Below are positions 27,928-38,366 of a stretch of 48,259 nt of DNA, one piece after another. Positions within the stretch are counted from its first letter, which is position 1; every line of letters starts with the position of its first letter. Position numbers and translations under genes: made by a program. This stretch comes from Deltaproteobacteria bacterium (GTDB taxonomy: Bacteria; Myxococcota_A; Polyangia; JAAYKL01). The notes under the pieces are model-generated. The model was not told the DNA's origin and did no database searches. It saw only the letters and a list, made by a program, of their open reading frames with translations. The stretch lies in contig JAFGVO010000264.1 of the NCBI GenBank assembly GCA_016937935.1, positions 1 to 48,259 on the forward strand, in the 5' to 3' direction.

Positions 27928-28521
27928 CTAAAAGGTTCCTTGAATCATCAGGCCTAAGTTGCTGCCATTTTTTTGAGGTTGAATCATTGGAGAGATTCCC
28001 CAGGACACTTTTTTTAACTGTTCGTTCTTTTTAATGGTCTTTCTTTTAATAACTGCCATGTCAACAATTACTGAAATCAGGGAAACTGTCAGAATTATTC
28101 CCCCAAGGGGTGGATATACATAATGAAAAACAAGAGCACCTGCTCCGGTCATCAGGAATCTAAAACCGATACCTTTAAAACCTCGTTTAATTTCGTGAAT
28201 GTAAAAATAGCCTAGACCCGGAAAGAGTACAGCGCTCACACCGATTGTTGTTAAACCGGCAGCCCTCCCCTCACTCGAATCAGATACACCTGCCACAATT
28301 CCACCAACTGCAAAGCCGACAAGTGTCGGTATTAGAGAGAGACTAACAGCAGCAGCAGGTTTATAAAGCTGCTTTTCCAAATCGCATGTGCACGGGGCGC
28401 ATGTGGATGGAATGGCAACATTTTGTTCCGACTCAAAGGAATGTGAATTGCCGGAAAACATCACAATGCCTATCACTAAGGATAAAACCAGCATACCAGG
28501 TATATTAATCTTTACAGTCAT
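27928..28521 (-). CDS. hypothetical membrane protein
   Basis: 197 aa with an N-terminal signal/TM segment, a CAPCTC motif and about 4 TM helices. I recognise no family. Confidence 0.5.
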   Translation of the reverse strand: MTVKINIPGMLVLSLVIGIVMFSGNSHSFESEQNVAIPSTCAPCTCDLEKQLYKPAAAVSLSLIPTLVGFAVGGIVAGVSDSSEGRAAGLTTIGVSAVLFPGLGYFYIHEIKRGFKGIGFRFLMTGAGALVFHYVYPPLGGIILTVSLISVIVDMAVIKRKTIKKNEQLKKVSWGISPMIQPQKNGSNLGLMIQGTF

Positions 28522-28632
28522 TTCAATTTTTAGTCATCCAACATTATTCTCAGTTATAGCCAATTGGTTTAACATGAAAATAAATTGTTCTCAAACAACA
28601 CCCGTCTCAGAACAAACTATTTATAAAAATTT

Positions 28633-31224
28633 TTATATTCCTATTTTTATGAGTTCTATTAATGGGAGGGATTCGTCTACCGGGCGGGAGAGGTCTATTT
28701 TGCATTGTATTGTGTAGACTGTTTCATCTGTTGACTCTTCTTCAGATTCAAAATTGGTTTCTATTGTTGATTCTTGTGCCGGGCTTACTATTTTCTGATA
28801 AACAGTCCAAACTTTATGTGACTCTGATTTAAAAATTGTATTACAGGCGCTTCTGGCTTTGGGGGTTAAATCCACCTGTCCATATTCATTAAAATATGAC
28901 TCCATGGCCTCTTCCATATCTTTTTCATTATACAGGGGCTCTTCAGGTACTCTTGTTAACGAAAGTGCCTCTTCCCAATCCTTTATTGCCAGAGCTCTTA
29001 ACAGTGCGTGCATCTCGTTTCTTACTCTTGCCCTAAATGCCCTCATGTCGTCAGTTATTGATACTGGCTTTTCAATTTTTTCAACACCCGTATCAGACGG
29101 GGCGCTGCTTAAAAGTGCCCACTCGTCGATAAGTGTTGAATCAACCCGCTTTACAAGGCCGTAAAAAAACGCAAGAATATTTTCAAACTCTTCACTCCAC
29201 AGATTCTGGGGCACATTCTGGACTGCCACTTTATAAAACTGACTTAAATATCTTAAAAGTATTCCTTCACTTCTCCCTAGGCCAAGCTGACTTACGTAGT
29301 AATTAAAATCATAACAATTTTCATAAATCTCTCTGGCTATATTTTTAGGATGAATATACCCCTCTTCAAGCCAGGGATGACTTTCCGAAAAGGTCTTGTA
29401 CGTCTCTGTAATAAATTCCAGATCCGGCTTGGGATGCTCAACCTTTTCAAGCTCCTCCATTCGCTCTTCGTATGGCATTCCTTCCATTTTCAATTTACCG
29501 ATGAGTTCAGATTTTTCTCTGTCTATCTGCTTATACAATATGGCTCGAGGGTCTTCTAAAATTGCCTCAATAAGAGTAATCATTGTAAGCTCTTTTAAAT
29601 CATCATTTTCAAGGTACTCAATAGTGGTTGCCAGATATAAAGAGAGATCATGATTCAATGAAAAATTATCCTGCAGCTTGTCACTTAAAACAAACTGTTT
29701 ACTAATTCCATTTACAACCTGCTTTTTTTCAACAAGGTTTGCATTTACAAGTGATTTCATTAGAGATGCAGCTTTTTTTCGCCTCTCACTTTTTTGCTCA
29801 TCAGTTCCGTGTGATCTGTAAATGAGATCAACAAGACGCCTGTATCCATTATCACTGTTTAAAATTAAATTAACAATCATCCCATGAGTCACATCAAACC
29901 GAGGAACCAGAGCTTCGGGCTCTGAAGCTATCAATTTATCAAACGTGCTCTTATCCCAGGGAATTGCATTTAACGGAGGATTTCTTTTTCTAAGCTTCTT
30001 CTTAAGGTGAGGGTTTTTTAACAACTTAATCTCAATCTGTTTGTTTTCAACAACCCACTCCGGAGCAAGGCAGACAACCAGTCCACTATCATCAAAACCT
30101 TTTCTGCCCGCTCTTCCGGAAATCTGATGAAACTCTCTTGCCGTTATTATTGTCTGTTTGACACCATTATATTTGTGTAAAAGTCTTATAACCACAGTGT
30201 GAATGGGAATATTAACACCAACACCCAAAGTGTCTGTTCCGCTTATTACCTTTATCAAACCTTTGGCTGATAATTTTTCAACAACTCTTCTGTATTTAGG
30301 CAGCAGTCCTGCGTGATGAACCCCGATGCCATGTCTGATAAATCGTGAAAACTCCTTACCATATGGAGTATTAAATTTAATATCTGCAATCTCCTTGGAT
30401 ATTAACTGTTTTTCCTCCTTGGTAGTAATGTTTACACTCATTAAATTGGAAGCCTGCTCCGCACAATCTCTTTGAGTAAAACTTACAAGATATACAGGTG
30501 CAAGCCCGGCACTTGAAAGAGATTCAACAATCTCATGGGTATGATTTTCCCGATATTCAAACTCTAATGGAACAGGCCTCAAATCGCTTTTAACAACGGC
30601 AACATCCCTGTCAGTATAATTTTGCAGATTATTTACAATGTCATCCGTGTTACCAAGAGTTGCACTCATCAAAAGGAAAACTGAATCCTTCATTGTAATT
30701 AAAGGTATCTGCCATGCAACCCCTCTGTCTCTGTCCCCATAGTAGTGAAACTCATCCATAACAACATAATCAACAGCTATATTATCTTCCCGTAACGCCT
30801 TATTTGATAGTATTTCAGCAGTACAGCAGATAACAGAAGCATCATTGTTTACTGCTCCGTCTCCAGTCAAAAGACCAACATTCTGAGCACCTAAAACCTC
30901 ACAAAGCCAAAAAAATTTCTCATTAACAAGTGCTTTGGTGGGGGCTGTATAATATGAAATTCTTCCCTCTGCCATTGCCTGAAAATGAAGGGCCAGAGCC
31001 ACCATGGATTTTCCTGAACCTGTGGGGGTTTTTAAAATAACATGTTTGTGGCTTAAAAGTTCAAGAACAGCCTCTTCCTGGGCCGGATAAAGCTCAAGAT
31101 TTATGGAGTCAATATAATCCATAAACTCCATTAAAATATCATCCGAAGTAATGGCTTTATTATCTGTTTTGAGAAGCTTTAATTTTGTTAAAAGAGGGGG
31201 GAGCGTTTTTTCATTTTCATCCAT
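28633..31224 (-). CDS. DEAD/DEAH-box (Ski2/HelY-like) helicase with large C-terminal DUF3516-like region
   Basis: Walker A KTPTGSGKS, DEFH box (VVMDEFHYY), SAT (MSATLGN), HHAGLLP and QISGRAGRKG. The start is 2 nt after the fmt stop. Confidence 0.85.
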   Translation of the reverse strand: MDENEKTLPPLLTKLKLLKTDNKAITSDDILMEFMDYIDSINLELYPAQEEAVLELLSHKHVILKTPTGSGKSMVALALHFQAMAEGRISYYTAPTKALVNEKFFWLCEVLGAQNVGLLTGDGAVNNDASVICCTAEILSNKALREDNIAVDYVVMDEFHYYGDRDRGVAWQIPLITMKDSVFLLMSATLGNTDDIVNNLQNYTDRDVAVVKSDLRPVPLEFEYRENHTHEIVESLSSAGLAPVYLVSFTQRDCAEQASNLMSVNITTKEEKQLISKEIADIKFNTPYGKEFSRFIRHGIGVHHAGLLPKYRRVVEKLSAKGLIKVISGTDTLGVGVNIPIHTVVIRLLHKYNGVKQTIITAREFHQISGRAGRKGFDDSGLVVCLAPEWVVENKQIEIKLLKNPHLKKKLRKRNPPLNAIPWDKSTFDKLIASEPEALVPRFDVTHGMIVNLILNSDNGYRRLVDLIYRSHGTDEQKSERRKKAASLMKSLVNANLVEKKQVVNGISKQFVLSDKLQDNFSLNHDLSLYLATTIEYLENDDLKELTMITLIEAILEDPRAILYKQIDREKSELIGKLKMEGMPYEERMEELEKVEHPKPDLEFITETYKTFSESHPWLEEGYIHPKNIAREIYENCYDFNYYVSQLGLGRSEGILLRYLSQFYKVAVQNVPQNLWSEEFENILAFFYGLVKRVDSTLIDEWALLSSAPSDTGVEKIEKPVSITDDMRAFRARVRNEMHALLRALAIKDWEEALSLTRVPEEPLYNEKDMEEAMESYFNEYGQVDLTPKARSACNTIFKSESHKVWTVYQKIVSPAQESTIETNFESEEESTDETVYTIQCKIDLSRPVDESLPLIELIKIGI

Positions 31225-31226
31225 AT

Positions 31227-32168
31227 TTATACCAGTATTGTCCCCTGTTCCACTCTTGTACCTGAAAAAAACTGTTTTGCAGTGAGTGCATTTTTTCCCG
31301 GAAGCTGAAGATTTATAACTCTTATAATCCCTTTGCCGCAGGAGATATCAATTCCACTTTTACTGTGTTCAATTACTTCACCGGGATTTGGAGCAGAACT
31401 CTCATCAGTGTTCAAAACCTCGCATTTGTGAATTTTAACAACTTTGTCACCCCATAAAGTATAGGCTCCAGGCCAGGGATTAACACCTCTTATATGGCAA
31501 TCAATCTGCCTTGCACTTTTAGACCAGTCAATTTTTCCATCAATTTTTAAAAGCTGTGAGGCATAGGATTTATTATCGTCACTCTGTTTAACAGGTATAA
31601 TATTCTCAAAATTTAAAATAACCTCTAATAATGCCGCAGCGCCAAGCTGTGAGAGTCGTTTTGTCAGTTCGCCTGCAGTTTCACTTTTTCCAATCTCAAG
31701 TTTTTTAATGAGGTACACATCTCCGGCATCTAGTTCCAGGACAGTTTTCATTATTGAAACACCAGCCTCTTTTTCACCGTTAATTATTGCATGATTAATG
31801 GGCGCTGCACCTCTGTAACGAGGTAAAATCGAAGCATGAACATTCAGACATCCAAGTATTGGAACATCAAGCAGAGAAGGTCCTAAAAGTTTTCCATAGG
31901 CTGCAGTAACAATTAAATCAGGTTCAAACTCTTTTATTTTAGAAGCAAATTTTTTGCCTTTTACAATTTCAGGTTGAATTATATCAACTCCAAGCTCAAG
32001 TGCTTTGTCCTTAACAGGAGAAAAAACCACTTTTTTACCACGGCCCTGCTTCTTATCAGGTTGAGTAACAACAAGTTTTAAATCAGTGTGTTCATTTAGA
32101 ATCTCAAGAGTTGGAACCGCAAAATCAGGAGTCCCCATAAAAATGGTTTTCATTTTAGTCAATGTCAT
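31227..32168 (-). CDS. fmt: methionyl-tRNA formyltransferase
   Basis: IFMGTPDFAVP, HASILPRYRGAAPI and a C-terminal Fmt domain. It follows def. Confidence 0.95.
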   Translation of the reverse strand: MTLTKMKTIFMGTPDFAVPTLEILNEHTDLKLVVTQPDKKQGRGKKVVFSPVKDKALELGVDIIQPEIVKGKKFASKIKEFEPDLIVTAAYGKLLGPSLLDVPILGCLNVHASILPRYRGAAPINHAIINGEKEAGVSIMKTVLELDAGDVYLIKKLEIGKSETAGELTKRLSQLGAAALLEVILNFENIIPVKQSDDNKSYASQLLKIDGKIDWSKSARQIDCHIRGVNPWPGAYTLWGDKVVKIHKCEVLNTDESSAPNPGEVIEHSKSGIDISCGKGIIRVINLQLPGKNALTAKQFFSGTRVEQGTILV

Positions 32169-32180
32169 TAATACCCGGTT

Positions 32181-32687
32181 TTATTTTTTAGAATTTTTAA
32201 TTTTAGTAAGTTCCTTAATCATCATCTTCTTTTTAAGATAACCAACCTTGTCAGCAAGTGATTTACCATTTAGATGGTCAAGTTCATGTTGAATAGCAAC
32301 GGCAAAAAGACCTTCAGCTGTAAGTTCAAAAAACTCCCCATCTGTATTTTGTGCTTTTACAGTAACTTTTGCTGCTCGTTCCACGTCAATATACATGCCT
32401 GGAAAACTCAAACATCCCTCTTCCCAGACTAAATCACCTTCAATATCAATAATTTCCGGGTTTATAAAAACATTAAGATCAGACTGATTATCTTCGGCAA
32501 TATCAATAATAAATATTCTTTTTGAAATTCCCACCTGATTTGCAGCGAGACCTACTCCAGGGGCGGCATACATGGTTTCTGCCATATCCTCAGCAAGCAC
32601 TTTTAATTGATCATTAAAATCAGTTACAGGCTCACAATTTTTTTTTAAAACTTCATCGGGATAAATTACTATATTTTTTAATGCCAT
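32181..32687 (-). CDS. def: peptide deformylase
   Basis: The three PDF motifs GVGLAANQ, EGCLSFPG and QHELDHLNG. Confidence 0.96.
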   Translation of the reverse strand: MALKNIVIYPDEVLKKNCEPVTDFNDQLKVLAEDMAETMYAAPGVGLAANQVGISKRIFIIDIAEDNQSDLNVFINPEIIDIEGDLVWEEGCLSFPGMYIDVERAAKVTVKAQNTDGEFFELTAEGLFAVAIQHELDHLNGKSLADKVGYLKKKMMIKELTKIKNSKK

Positions 32688-32702
32688 AAATCCTCTTTAC
32701 TA

Positions 32703-34589
32703 TTAATTATTTAAAGCTTCTTTATAATGCTGTAATACTTCAGAATTACCTAAAAGTTCTTTAGCTTCATCAACCACTGATAAAATTGTATCTATTTTTT
32801 CAGCTAAACTATCCTCTATTTCAATATTGGTTTTATACTCTTCATATTCTTTTTTTAACCGATTATATGAAAAAAGAACCTCTTTAACAGTTGAATCCTC
32901 GGCAATTTCAAGAATATCAAAATAAGTTCCTTCTACTATTTCTTTATATTTTTCGTCAATAAGTGAATCATTAAAGCTGCTTATTGTTGTAGATAAATTT
33001 TCAGTTTCAACAAAAACAGCACTCTCTGTTAAAAATTGATTATCAGCTTTTGCAGGAGTAAAATTTTCACTCTTAACCATTTTAATAACAGTAAGCGCTG
33101 CTAAAAAAGGCTCAATATATAAATAGGTCGAGTCAATTTTATTAGTAATATCTTTTATAGTATTTTGTCCATTACACATTTTAAGAATATTATATTCATC
33201 TGCAGAACAATTTATTACATTACTGATATAGCTAATCTCTTTACTCAAGCTTATAGGATAAGAATCATCAATGATATTTTTAAACTCAATTATATCATAA
33301 AATCTTTTAAAACCATTTAAAATTAAAACTTCAACTGGTTGTATAATTAAAATATTCTCATTTAAAATAATCTCTTCTTCTTTAAAAGAACTTAAACCAT
33401 CTCTCCAGGTAAACGTATCAAAAAGAAGATATTCATAGTGCTCTCTTACAACAGGAAAAAGTTCACGGGAAGATATAACACCATTATCAACCAGGACTAC
33501 ACCGGCTTTTCTTCCACTCTCTTCAATAATTTCACATATTTCATTATATTTATCATCACTAATTTTTTTATTATTGTATAAAATTTCTACAAGTCGATCC
33601 TGGGGTGAATCTGAGTAAACAATCAATGGCTGACCTGAATCTATTATAATTTTTCTTTCAACTTTACCATTTTGAGCAGTTATAGTTCCTGTTAATACTT
33701 TTTCACAAACTTCATATAGCAGTTGATAAAATGGCTTATAGTTATTCTCTGATATATCATCAATAACATGCTTTGAAGATGAAAAGAATGACTGTATCTC
33801 AGTTTTGACATTACTCTTATCGGTAAAAAAAGAGTAATCAGCTTTATTGCTATCATCTTTTATATGCTGTTTAATGTTATTATCTTCAATATTTTCAGCA
33901 TTTACAGATTGAAACTGATTTTTTTCTTTATGGTTTTGATGCTCATCTTTATCATCAAGTAAAATTGATTCGCCAACTCCGCTTGAATCATTTATATATG
34001 CCTGAATATCAATAGATTCCAATCCTTCAGCAAAATCAGGAGGCATTGTAGTTTTAAAATCAGGATCCATACTATTTTCAACAAGTGAAATAAACTGCTT
34101 TAATGACATTGAATCATCAGGATAAAAGTCATTCTCATTTGTTGAATTTTTTCTATTTAATATCGGAAGCTGCCTTGCGCTATTCATAGCCTGAAGAAAA
34201 GAAGAGGAACTACCAACACGTTTATAATTACTTTTTGAATTGTTAAACAAAAATGATACTTGAGAAAAAAATTTATCCTCTGATTCACTTATATCAATAA
34301 ATGAATCAGCCCCTGCTTTAAAAAGTATTTCATGTCGGGAGTTTTTTGTAATTACAATAAGTGGTATACCATTAAATTTTGAGGATGATTTTATTTTATA
34401 AATAATATTTTCAGCGTCTTCATTAGAATCTCCAATAATACATAACCCTGTCAATTCAAAATTTATTTCATCATTATCAAGAGAAGAAAATAGAATATTT
34501 TTTTTAATCTCATAAGAGGTGGTCTGAAGTAATTTTTCAAAATATTCGGGTAAATTAAATGAAAGTATTATGTTTTTTTCATTTTCCAT
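32703..34589 (-). CDS. hypothetical multidomain protein: receiver-like N-terminus, low-complexity linker, DUF4388-like segment, degenerate J-like C-terminus
   Basis: 628 aa and very AT-rich. The N-terminal roughly 115 aa look like a receiver fold without the acidic DD pair. The central part (FYQLLYEVCEKVLTGTITAQNGKVERKIIIDSGQPL) resembles DUF4388. The C-terminal YFDILEIAEDSTVKEVLFSYNRLKKEYE lacks an HPD tripeptide. Confidence 0.45.
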   Translation of the reverse strand: MENEKNIILSFNLPEYFEKLLQTTSYEIKKNILFSSLDNDEINFELTGLCIIGDSNEDAENIIYKIKSSSKFNGIPLIVITKNSRHEILFKAGADSFIDISESEDKFFSQVSFLFNNSKSNYKRVGSSSSFLQAMNSARQLPILNRKNSTNENDFYPDDSMSLKQFISLVENSMDPDFKTTMPPDFAEGLESIDIQAYINDSSGVGESILLDDKDEHQNHKEKNQFQSVNAENIEDNNIKQHIKDDSNKADYSFFTDKSNVKTEIQSFFSSSKHVIDDISENNYKPFYQLLYEVCEKVLTGTITAQNGKVERKIIIDSGQPLIVYSDSPQDRLVEILYNNKKISDDKYNEICEIIEESGRKAGVVLVDNGVISSRELFPVVREHYEYLLFDTFTWRDGLSSFKEEEIILNENILIIQPVEVLILNGFKRFYDIIEFKNIIDDSYPISLSKEISYISNVINCSADEYNILKMCNGQNTIKDITNKIDSTYLYIEPFLAALTVIKMVKSENFTPAKADNQFLTESAVFVETENLSTTISSFNDSLIDEKYKEIVEGTYFDILEIAEDSTVKEVLFSYNRLKKEYEEYKTNIEIEDSLAEKIDTILSVVDEAKELLGNSEVLQHYKEALNN

Positions 34590-34597
34590 AGAGTATA

Positions 34598-34626
34598 ATT
34601 TTATGACCCGGCAGAAAAAACGTCAA
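34598..34626 (-). promoter_or_regulatory. candidate sigma70 promoter between rplQ and the 628-aa gene
   Basis: The minus strand reads TTGACG (34626-34621), an exactly 17-nt spacer, then TAAAAT (34603-34598). Only 8 nt (TATACTCT, no SD) separate the -10 from ATG 34589. Confidence 0.45.
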
Positions 34627-34653
34627 ACTTGTAATTGAAAATTATAATAAAAA

Positions 34654-35094
34654 TTATTGAAGTAGTTCAATTCTTGCAATTGGTGCGCAATCGCCTTTTC
34701 TAGTACCTAAACGTGTAACCCTTGTATAACCACCGGGACGTTCTTTAAAACGTGGTACTAACACATTAAAAAGTTTATCAATCAAATCTACAGATCCGGA
34801 ATCTTCAATACCATCATGATATTTTTGAGGTAAAAATTTAGAAACGATGCTTTTCGCATGAATTTCTTTACGAATCTCTTCAATTGAAAGACTCTTTTTA
34901 TCTTTACCGATAGAATCCTGAGCCTTTGAAGCCTGAGTGATTAAACGTTCTACTATTGAACGTAATTCCATTGCTTTAGCATGTGTTGTATCAATCTCTT
35001 CATGCAATATCAATGCTGCAGCCATATTTCTAAAAAGAGCTCTGCGATGGCTTGAATTACGACCTAATTTTCGTCCACTTTTATGATGTCTCAT
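34654..35094 (-). CDS. rplQ: 50S ribosomal protein L17
   Basis: MRHHKSGRKLGRNSSHRRALFRNM hallmark N-terminus. It follows rpoA. Confidence 0.95.
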   Translation of the reverse strand: MRHHKSGRKLGRNSSHRRALFRNMAAALILHEEIDTTHAKAMELRSIVERLITQASKAQDSIGKDKKSLSIEEIRKEIHAKSIVSKFLPQKYHDGIEDSGSVDLIDKLFNVLVPRFKERPGGYTRVTRLGTRKGDCAPIARIELLQ

Positions 35095-35105
35095 AACTAT
35101 ACCTT

Positions 35106-36131
35106 TTATGCGCCTTGTTGTTTTTTCCAGCGTTCTGTAAGCTGATCCCAGTTATCAATTCTAAGTCCAAGCTGTAAATCCATTTCAGCAAGAATATCTC
35201 TAATTTCTTTAAGAGATTTTCTACCAAAATTCTTTGTCTTAAGCATTTCACCTTCAGATCTTTGAACCAGCTCACCAATTAATTTAATTCCTGCATTCTG
35301 AAGACAATTTGATGATCTGACAGAAAGTTCAAGTTCATCAACAGGACGAAACAGATTATCATTTACCTGATGTTCCGGTTCTTCCTCTTCAAACATTGGA
35401 AGCTCATCTTCTTCTTCAAAATTTATGAAAATATTTAAATGTTCTTTTAAAATTTTTGCAGAATATGCTAAAGCATCTTCTGGTCTTACACTTCCATCTG
35501 TCCATACTTCTAAAACAAGTTTATCATAATCTGTAATTTGACCAACCCTGGCATTAGTTACAGAATAATTAACTTTGCGTACAGGTGAATAAAGTGCATC
35601 CATTTGAATCCAGCCAACATCAACTGCCGGAGTATCGTCTTCCATAGCCTCTTTACGATCAGAAGGAAGATAGCCTCTACCAGGTCCAATAACTACTTCA
35701 AAAGCAAATCTTCCACCATCAGCAACTGTAGCAATATGCTGAGAAGGATTTAAAACTTCCACAAGAGGATTGCCAGATAAATGAGCAGCTGTTACCTCTA
35801 CAGGTCCTTCAATATCAACACGTACAACAACATCTTTGGGTTCACTTATTTTTAAAACAATTTCTTTTAAATTTAATACTATATCAGTTACATCTTCGAC
35901 AACATCAGGAATAGCGGTAAACTCGTGTGAAGCATCATCAAATTTTACTGCTGATATAGCTGTACCTTGCAATGATGAAAGAAGAACTCTTCTAAGAGAG
36001 TTGCCAAGTGTTATTCCAAAACCTCTTTCCAAAGGTTCACAGCTGAAACGACCATAAGTATCGCTTAAACTTTCCTGATCACCAACTAGTGCTCTTGGTC
36101 TTATAAGCTCACGCCAATTGCGTTGAAACAT
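35106..36131 (-). CDS. rpoA: DNA-directed RNA polymerase alpha subunit
   Basis: [29 protein letters not shown] and [19 protein letters not shown]. Confidence 0.97.
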   Translation of the reverse strand: MFQRNWRELIRPRALVGDQESLSDTYGRFSCEPLERGFGITLGNSLRRVLLSSLQGTAISAVKFDDASHEFTAIPDVVEDVTDIVLNLKEIVLKISEPKDVVVRVDIEGPVEVTAAHLSGNPLVEVLNPSQHIATVADGGRFAFEVVIGPGRGYLPSDRKEAMEDDTPAVDVGWIQMDALYSPVRKVNYSVTNARVGQITDYDKLVLEVWTDGSVRPEDALAYSAKILKEHLNIFINFEEEDELPMFEEEEPEHQVNDNLFRPVDELELSVRSSNCLQNAGIKLIGELVQRSEGEMLKTKNFGRKSLKEIRDILAEMDLQLGLRIDNWDQLTERWKKQQGA

Positions 36132-36150
36132 GGTTGTCTCCTCTCTCCTA

Positions 36151-36777
36151 CTATCTTGAGTAGAACTCTACAATTAATTGTGGATCGATAGGAATTTGCA
36201 TATCAGCAAAGTCAGGAATTTCTTTTAAAACACCCGACATTTTAGGTGCATCAACTTCTATCCAGGCATCCCATCCCTGACGTCCTTTTCCTTCTAGAGC
36301 CTCAGCTATCGCTACTATCTTTTTAGAACGTTCTCTAATCGTCACAACATCACCCGTTTTTACTAAAAACGAAGGCCTGTTTACTTTTTGACCATTAACT
36401 AAAATATGGTTATGACTTACCAGTTGTCTTGAAGAACGACGAGTATTTGCAAAACCCATTCTAAAAACTATATTATCAAGACGTCTTTCTAAAATTTCAA
36501 AAAGATTATCGCCAGTTACACCTTTTGAAGAATCAGCCTTTTTGAAATATAAAGAAAATTGTTTTTCTAATATACCATAAATACGACGAGCTTTCTGTTT
36601 CTCACGCAAATGCCTGGAATATTCAGAAAATTTAACTCGTCTTTGACCATGTTGGCCTGGTGCATATGGTCTTCTGTCATATGAGCATTTATCAGAAAGA
36701 CATCTGTCACCTTTAAGGAATAATTTCATTCCTTCGCGCCTACACTGTTTACATACCGCGCTTATATCACGTGCCAC
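36151..36777 (-). CDS. rpsD: 30S ribosomal protein S4
   Basis: [19 protein letters not shown]-terminus and an S4 RNA-binding domain. Confidence 0.96.
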   Translation of the reverse strand: MARDISAVCKQCRREGMKLFLKGDRCLSDKCSYDRRPYAPGQHGQRRVKFSEYSRHLREKQKARRIYGILEKQFSLYFKKADSSKGVTGDNLFEILERRLDNIVFRMGFANTRRSSRQLVSHNHILVNGQKVNRPSFLVKTGDVVTIRERSKKIVAIAEALEGKGRQGWDAWIEVDAPKMSGVLKEIPDFADMQIPIDPQLIVEFYSR

Positions 36778-36801
36778 TTTAGACTCCTCTTTAAATTTTA
36801 A

Positions 36802-37188
36802 CTAAACTCTACGACGTTTAGAAGGCCTGCATCCATTATGTGGAATAGGCGTTACGTCGCGGATATATGTAATTTTCATTCCAGTTGATTGAATCGCTCT
36901 TAATGCAGATTCACGACCGGACCCCGGACCTTTCACTAAAACAGCGAGCTGTCTCATGCCATGATCCATAGCTTTTTTAGCAGCATCTTCTGCTGTAATC
37001 TGAGCTGCAAATGGTGTTGCTTTTCTGGAACCTTTAAAACCCATAGTACCGGCTGTGCACCAGGAAATAGTATTTCCTGCTGTATCAGTAATAGTTACTG
37101 TAGTATTGTTAAAAGTTGATTGAACATGCGCAATCCCATTAGGCACATTCTTTTTTTCTTTTTTTTTGCCGCTTTTATTAGTAGCCAT
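36802..37188 (-). CDS. rpsK: 30S ribosomal protein S11
   Basis: [18 protein letters not shown] and the C-terminal [13 protein letters not shown]. Confidence 0.96.
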   Translation of the reverse strand: MATNKSGKKKEKKNVPNGIAHVQSTFNNTTVTITDTAGNTISWCTAGTMGFKGSRKATPFAAQITAEDAAKKAMDHGMRQLAVLVKGPGSGRESALRAIQSTGMKITYIRDVTPIPHNGCRPSKRRRV

Positions 37189-37207
37189 AATTTTATTCCC
37201 GATTAAA

Positions 37208-37570
37208 TCAGCGTTTTACTGACCCTCTTTTAGGTCCTTTTCTTGTTCTTGCATTAGTTTTGGTTCTTTGTCCTCTGCAAGGCAAACCTCTCCTATGCCT
37301 GAGACCACGGTAACAACCAAGATCCATTAAACGTTTTATATTTGCATTTAACTCTCTTCGTAAATCACCTTCAACTTTGTATTCATCGTTGATAAGATCT
37401 CTAATAGATTTAACTTCACCTTCTGTCAATGAATCTGAATTAGTTTCAGGTTTAACCTGAGCTTTATCACAGATATCAAGGGCAGTTTTACGTCCAATGC
37501 CGTAAATGTAGGTTAACGCAATTTTAATATGCTTTTTTCGTGGTAAATCCACACCAGCAATACGTGCCAC
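37208..37570 (-). CDS. rpsM: 30S ribosomal protein S13
   Basis: [26 protein letters not shown]. Confidence 0.96.
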   Translation of the reverse strand: MARIAGVDLPRKKHIKIALTYIYGIGRKTALDICDKAQVKPETNSDSLTEGEVKSIRDLINDEYKVEGDLRRELNANIKRLMDLGCYRGLRHRRGLPCRGQRTKTNARTRKGPKRGSVKR

Positions 37571-37579
37571 TTTAGCCTC

Positions 37580-37693
37580 CTAACCCTGTCTCTGTTTATG
37601 ACGTGGGTTTTCACAAATTACTCGTACAACACCTTTACGTCTAACAATTTTACATTTATCACAAATCTTTTTTACCGAAGGTCTAACTTTCAT
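37580..37693 (-). CDS. rpmJ: 50S ribosomal protein L36 (zinc-ribbon type)
   Basis: Not in the ORF track because it is under 60 aa. Hand translation of the minus strand gives [37 protein letters not shown] then a stop (TAG). Confidence 0.9.
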   Translation of the reverse strand: MKVRPSVKKICDKCKIVRRKGVVRVICENPRHKQRQG

Positions 37694-37716
37694 GACTTCC
37701 TCCAGTGCACCCAAAA

Positions 37717-38364
37717 TTAAAGAGAAAAAAGCTCTTTAATTTCTTCAAACACTTGTACAGGACTTTTTCCTGTCCCTTTTATAGTTTTTAACAAATTAAA
37801 TTCTCTATAATAATCACTCAACGGAGATGTCTGTTTATGATAGGCATCAAGCCGATTAATGACTGTTTCTTTATTATCGTCAGCCCTATGAGACAGACCT
37901 TTGTGACCACAATTGCACAAATCTTCTGCAGGAGGCTTATTATATTTTAAATGATAGATTGCACCACATTTTGGACAAGTTCTTCTACCAGTAATTCTCT
38001 CTACTATTTCATTATCATCCACGTCAAGCAAAATAACATAATCAATATGTTTAGAAGCTTCTTTTAACACAGAATCGAGAGTTTCTGCCTGTTTTACAGT
38101 ACGTGGAAAACCGTCAAGCATAAATCCGTTGTCACAATCAGACTCAAATAACCTCTCTTTAACCAGTCCAATTACAACAGAATCAGGAACTAATTGACCA
38201 TTATCCATAAATTGCTTTGCTTCTAAGCCTAATTTAGTCTCTTTGTTTACTGCGACTCTAAGCATATCGCCTGTTGAAATTTGTGGTATTGAGACAAGAT
38301 CAACAATCTGCTTAGCCTGAGTACCTTTACCGGCACCAGGAGGACCTAGCAAAATAATATTCAT
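37717..38364 (-). CDS. adk: adenylate kinase
   Basis: P-loop [17 protein letters not shown] and a Cys-containing lid (CPKCG...CNCG). Confidence 0.96.
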   Translation of the reverse strand: MNIILLGPPGAGKGTQAKQIVDLVSIPQISTGDMLRVAVNKETKLGLEAKQFMDNGQLVPDSVVIGLVKERLFESDCDNGFMLDGFPRTVKQAETLDSVLKEASKHIDYVILLDVDDNEIVERITGRRTCPKCGAIYHLKYNKPPAEDLCNCGHKGLSHRADDNKETVINRLDAYHKQTSPLSDYYREFNLLKTIKGTGKSPVQVFEEIKELFSL

Positions 38365-38366
38365 GG

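Noticed and set aside
37571-37716. Absence of map and infA between adk and rpmJ
   Set aside because: The location of map and infA varies widely among bacteria; in E. coli both are outside the spc operon. This is not informative, unlike the rplC gap.
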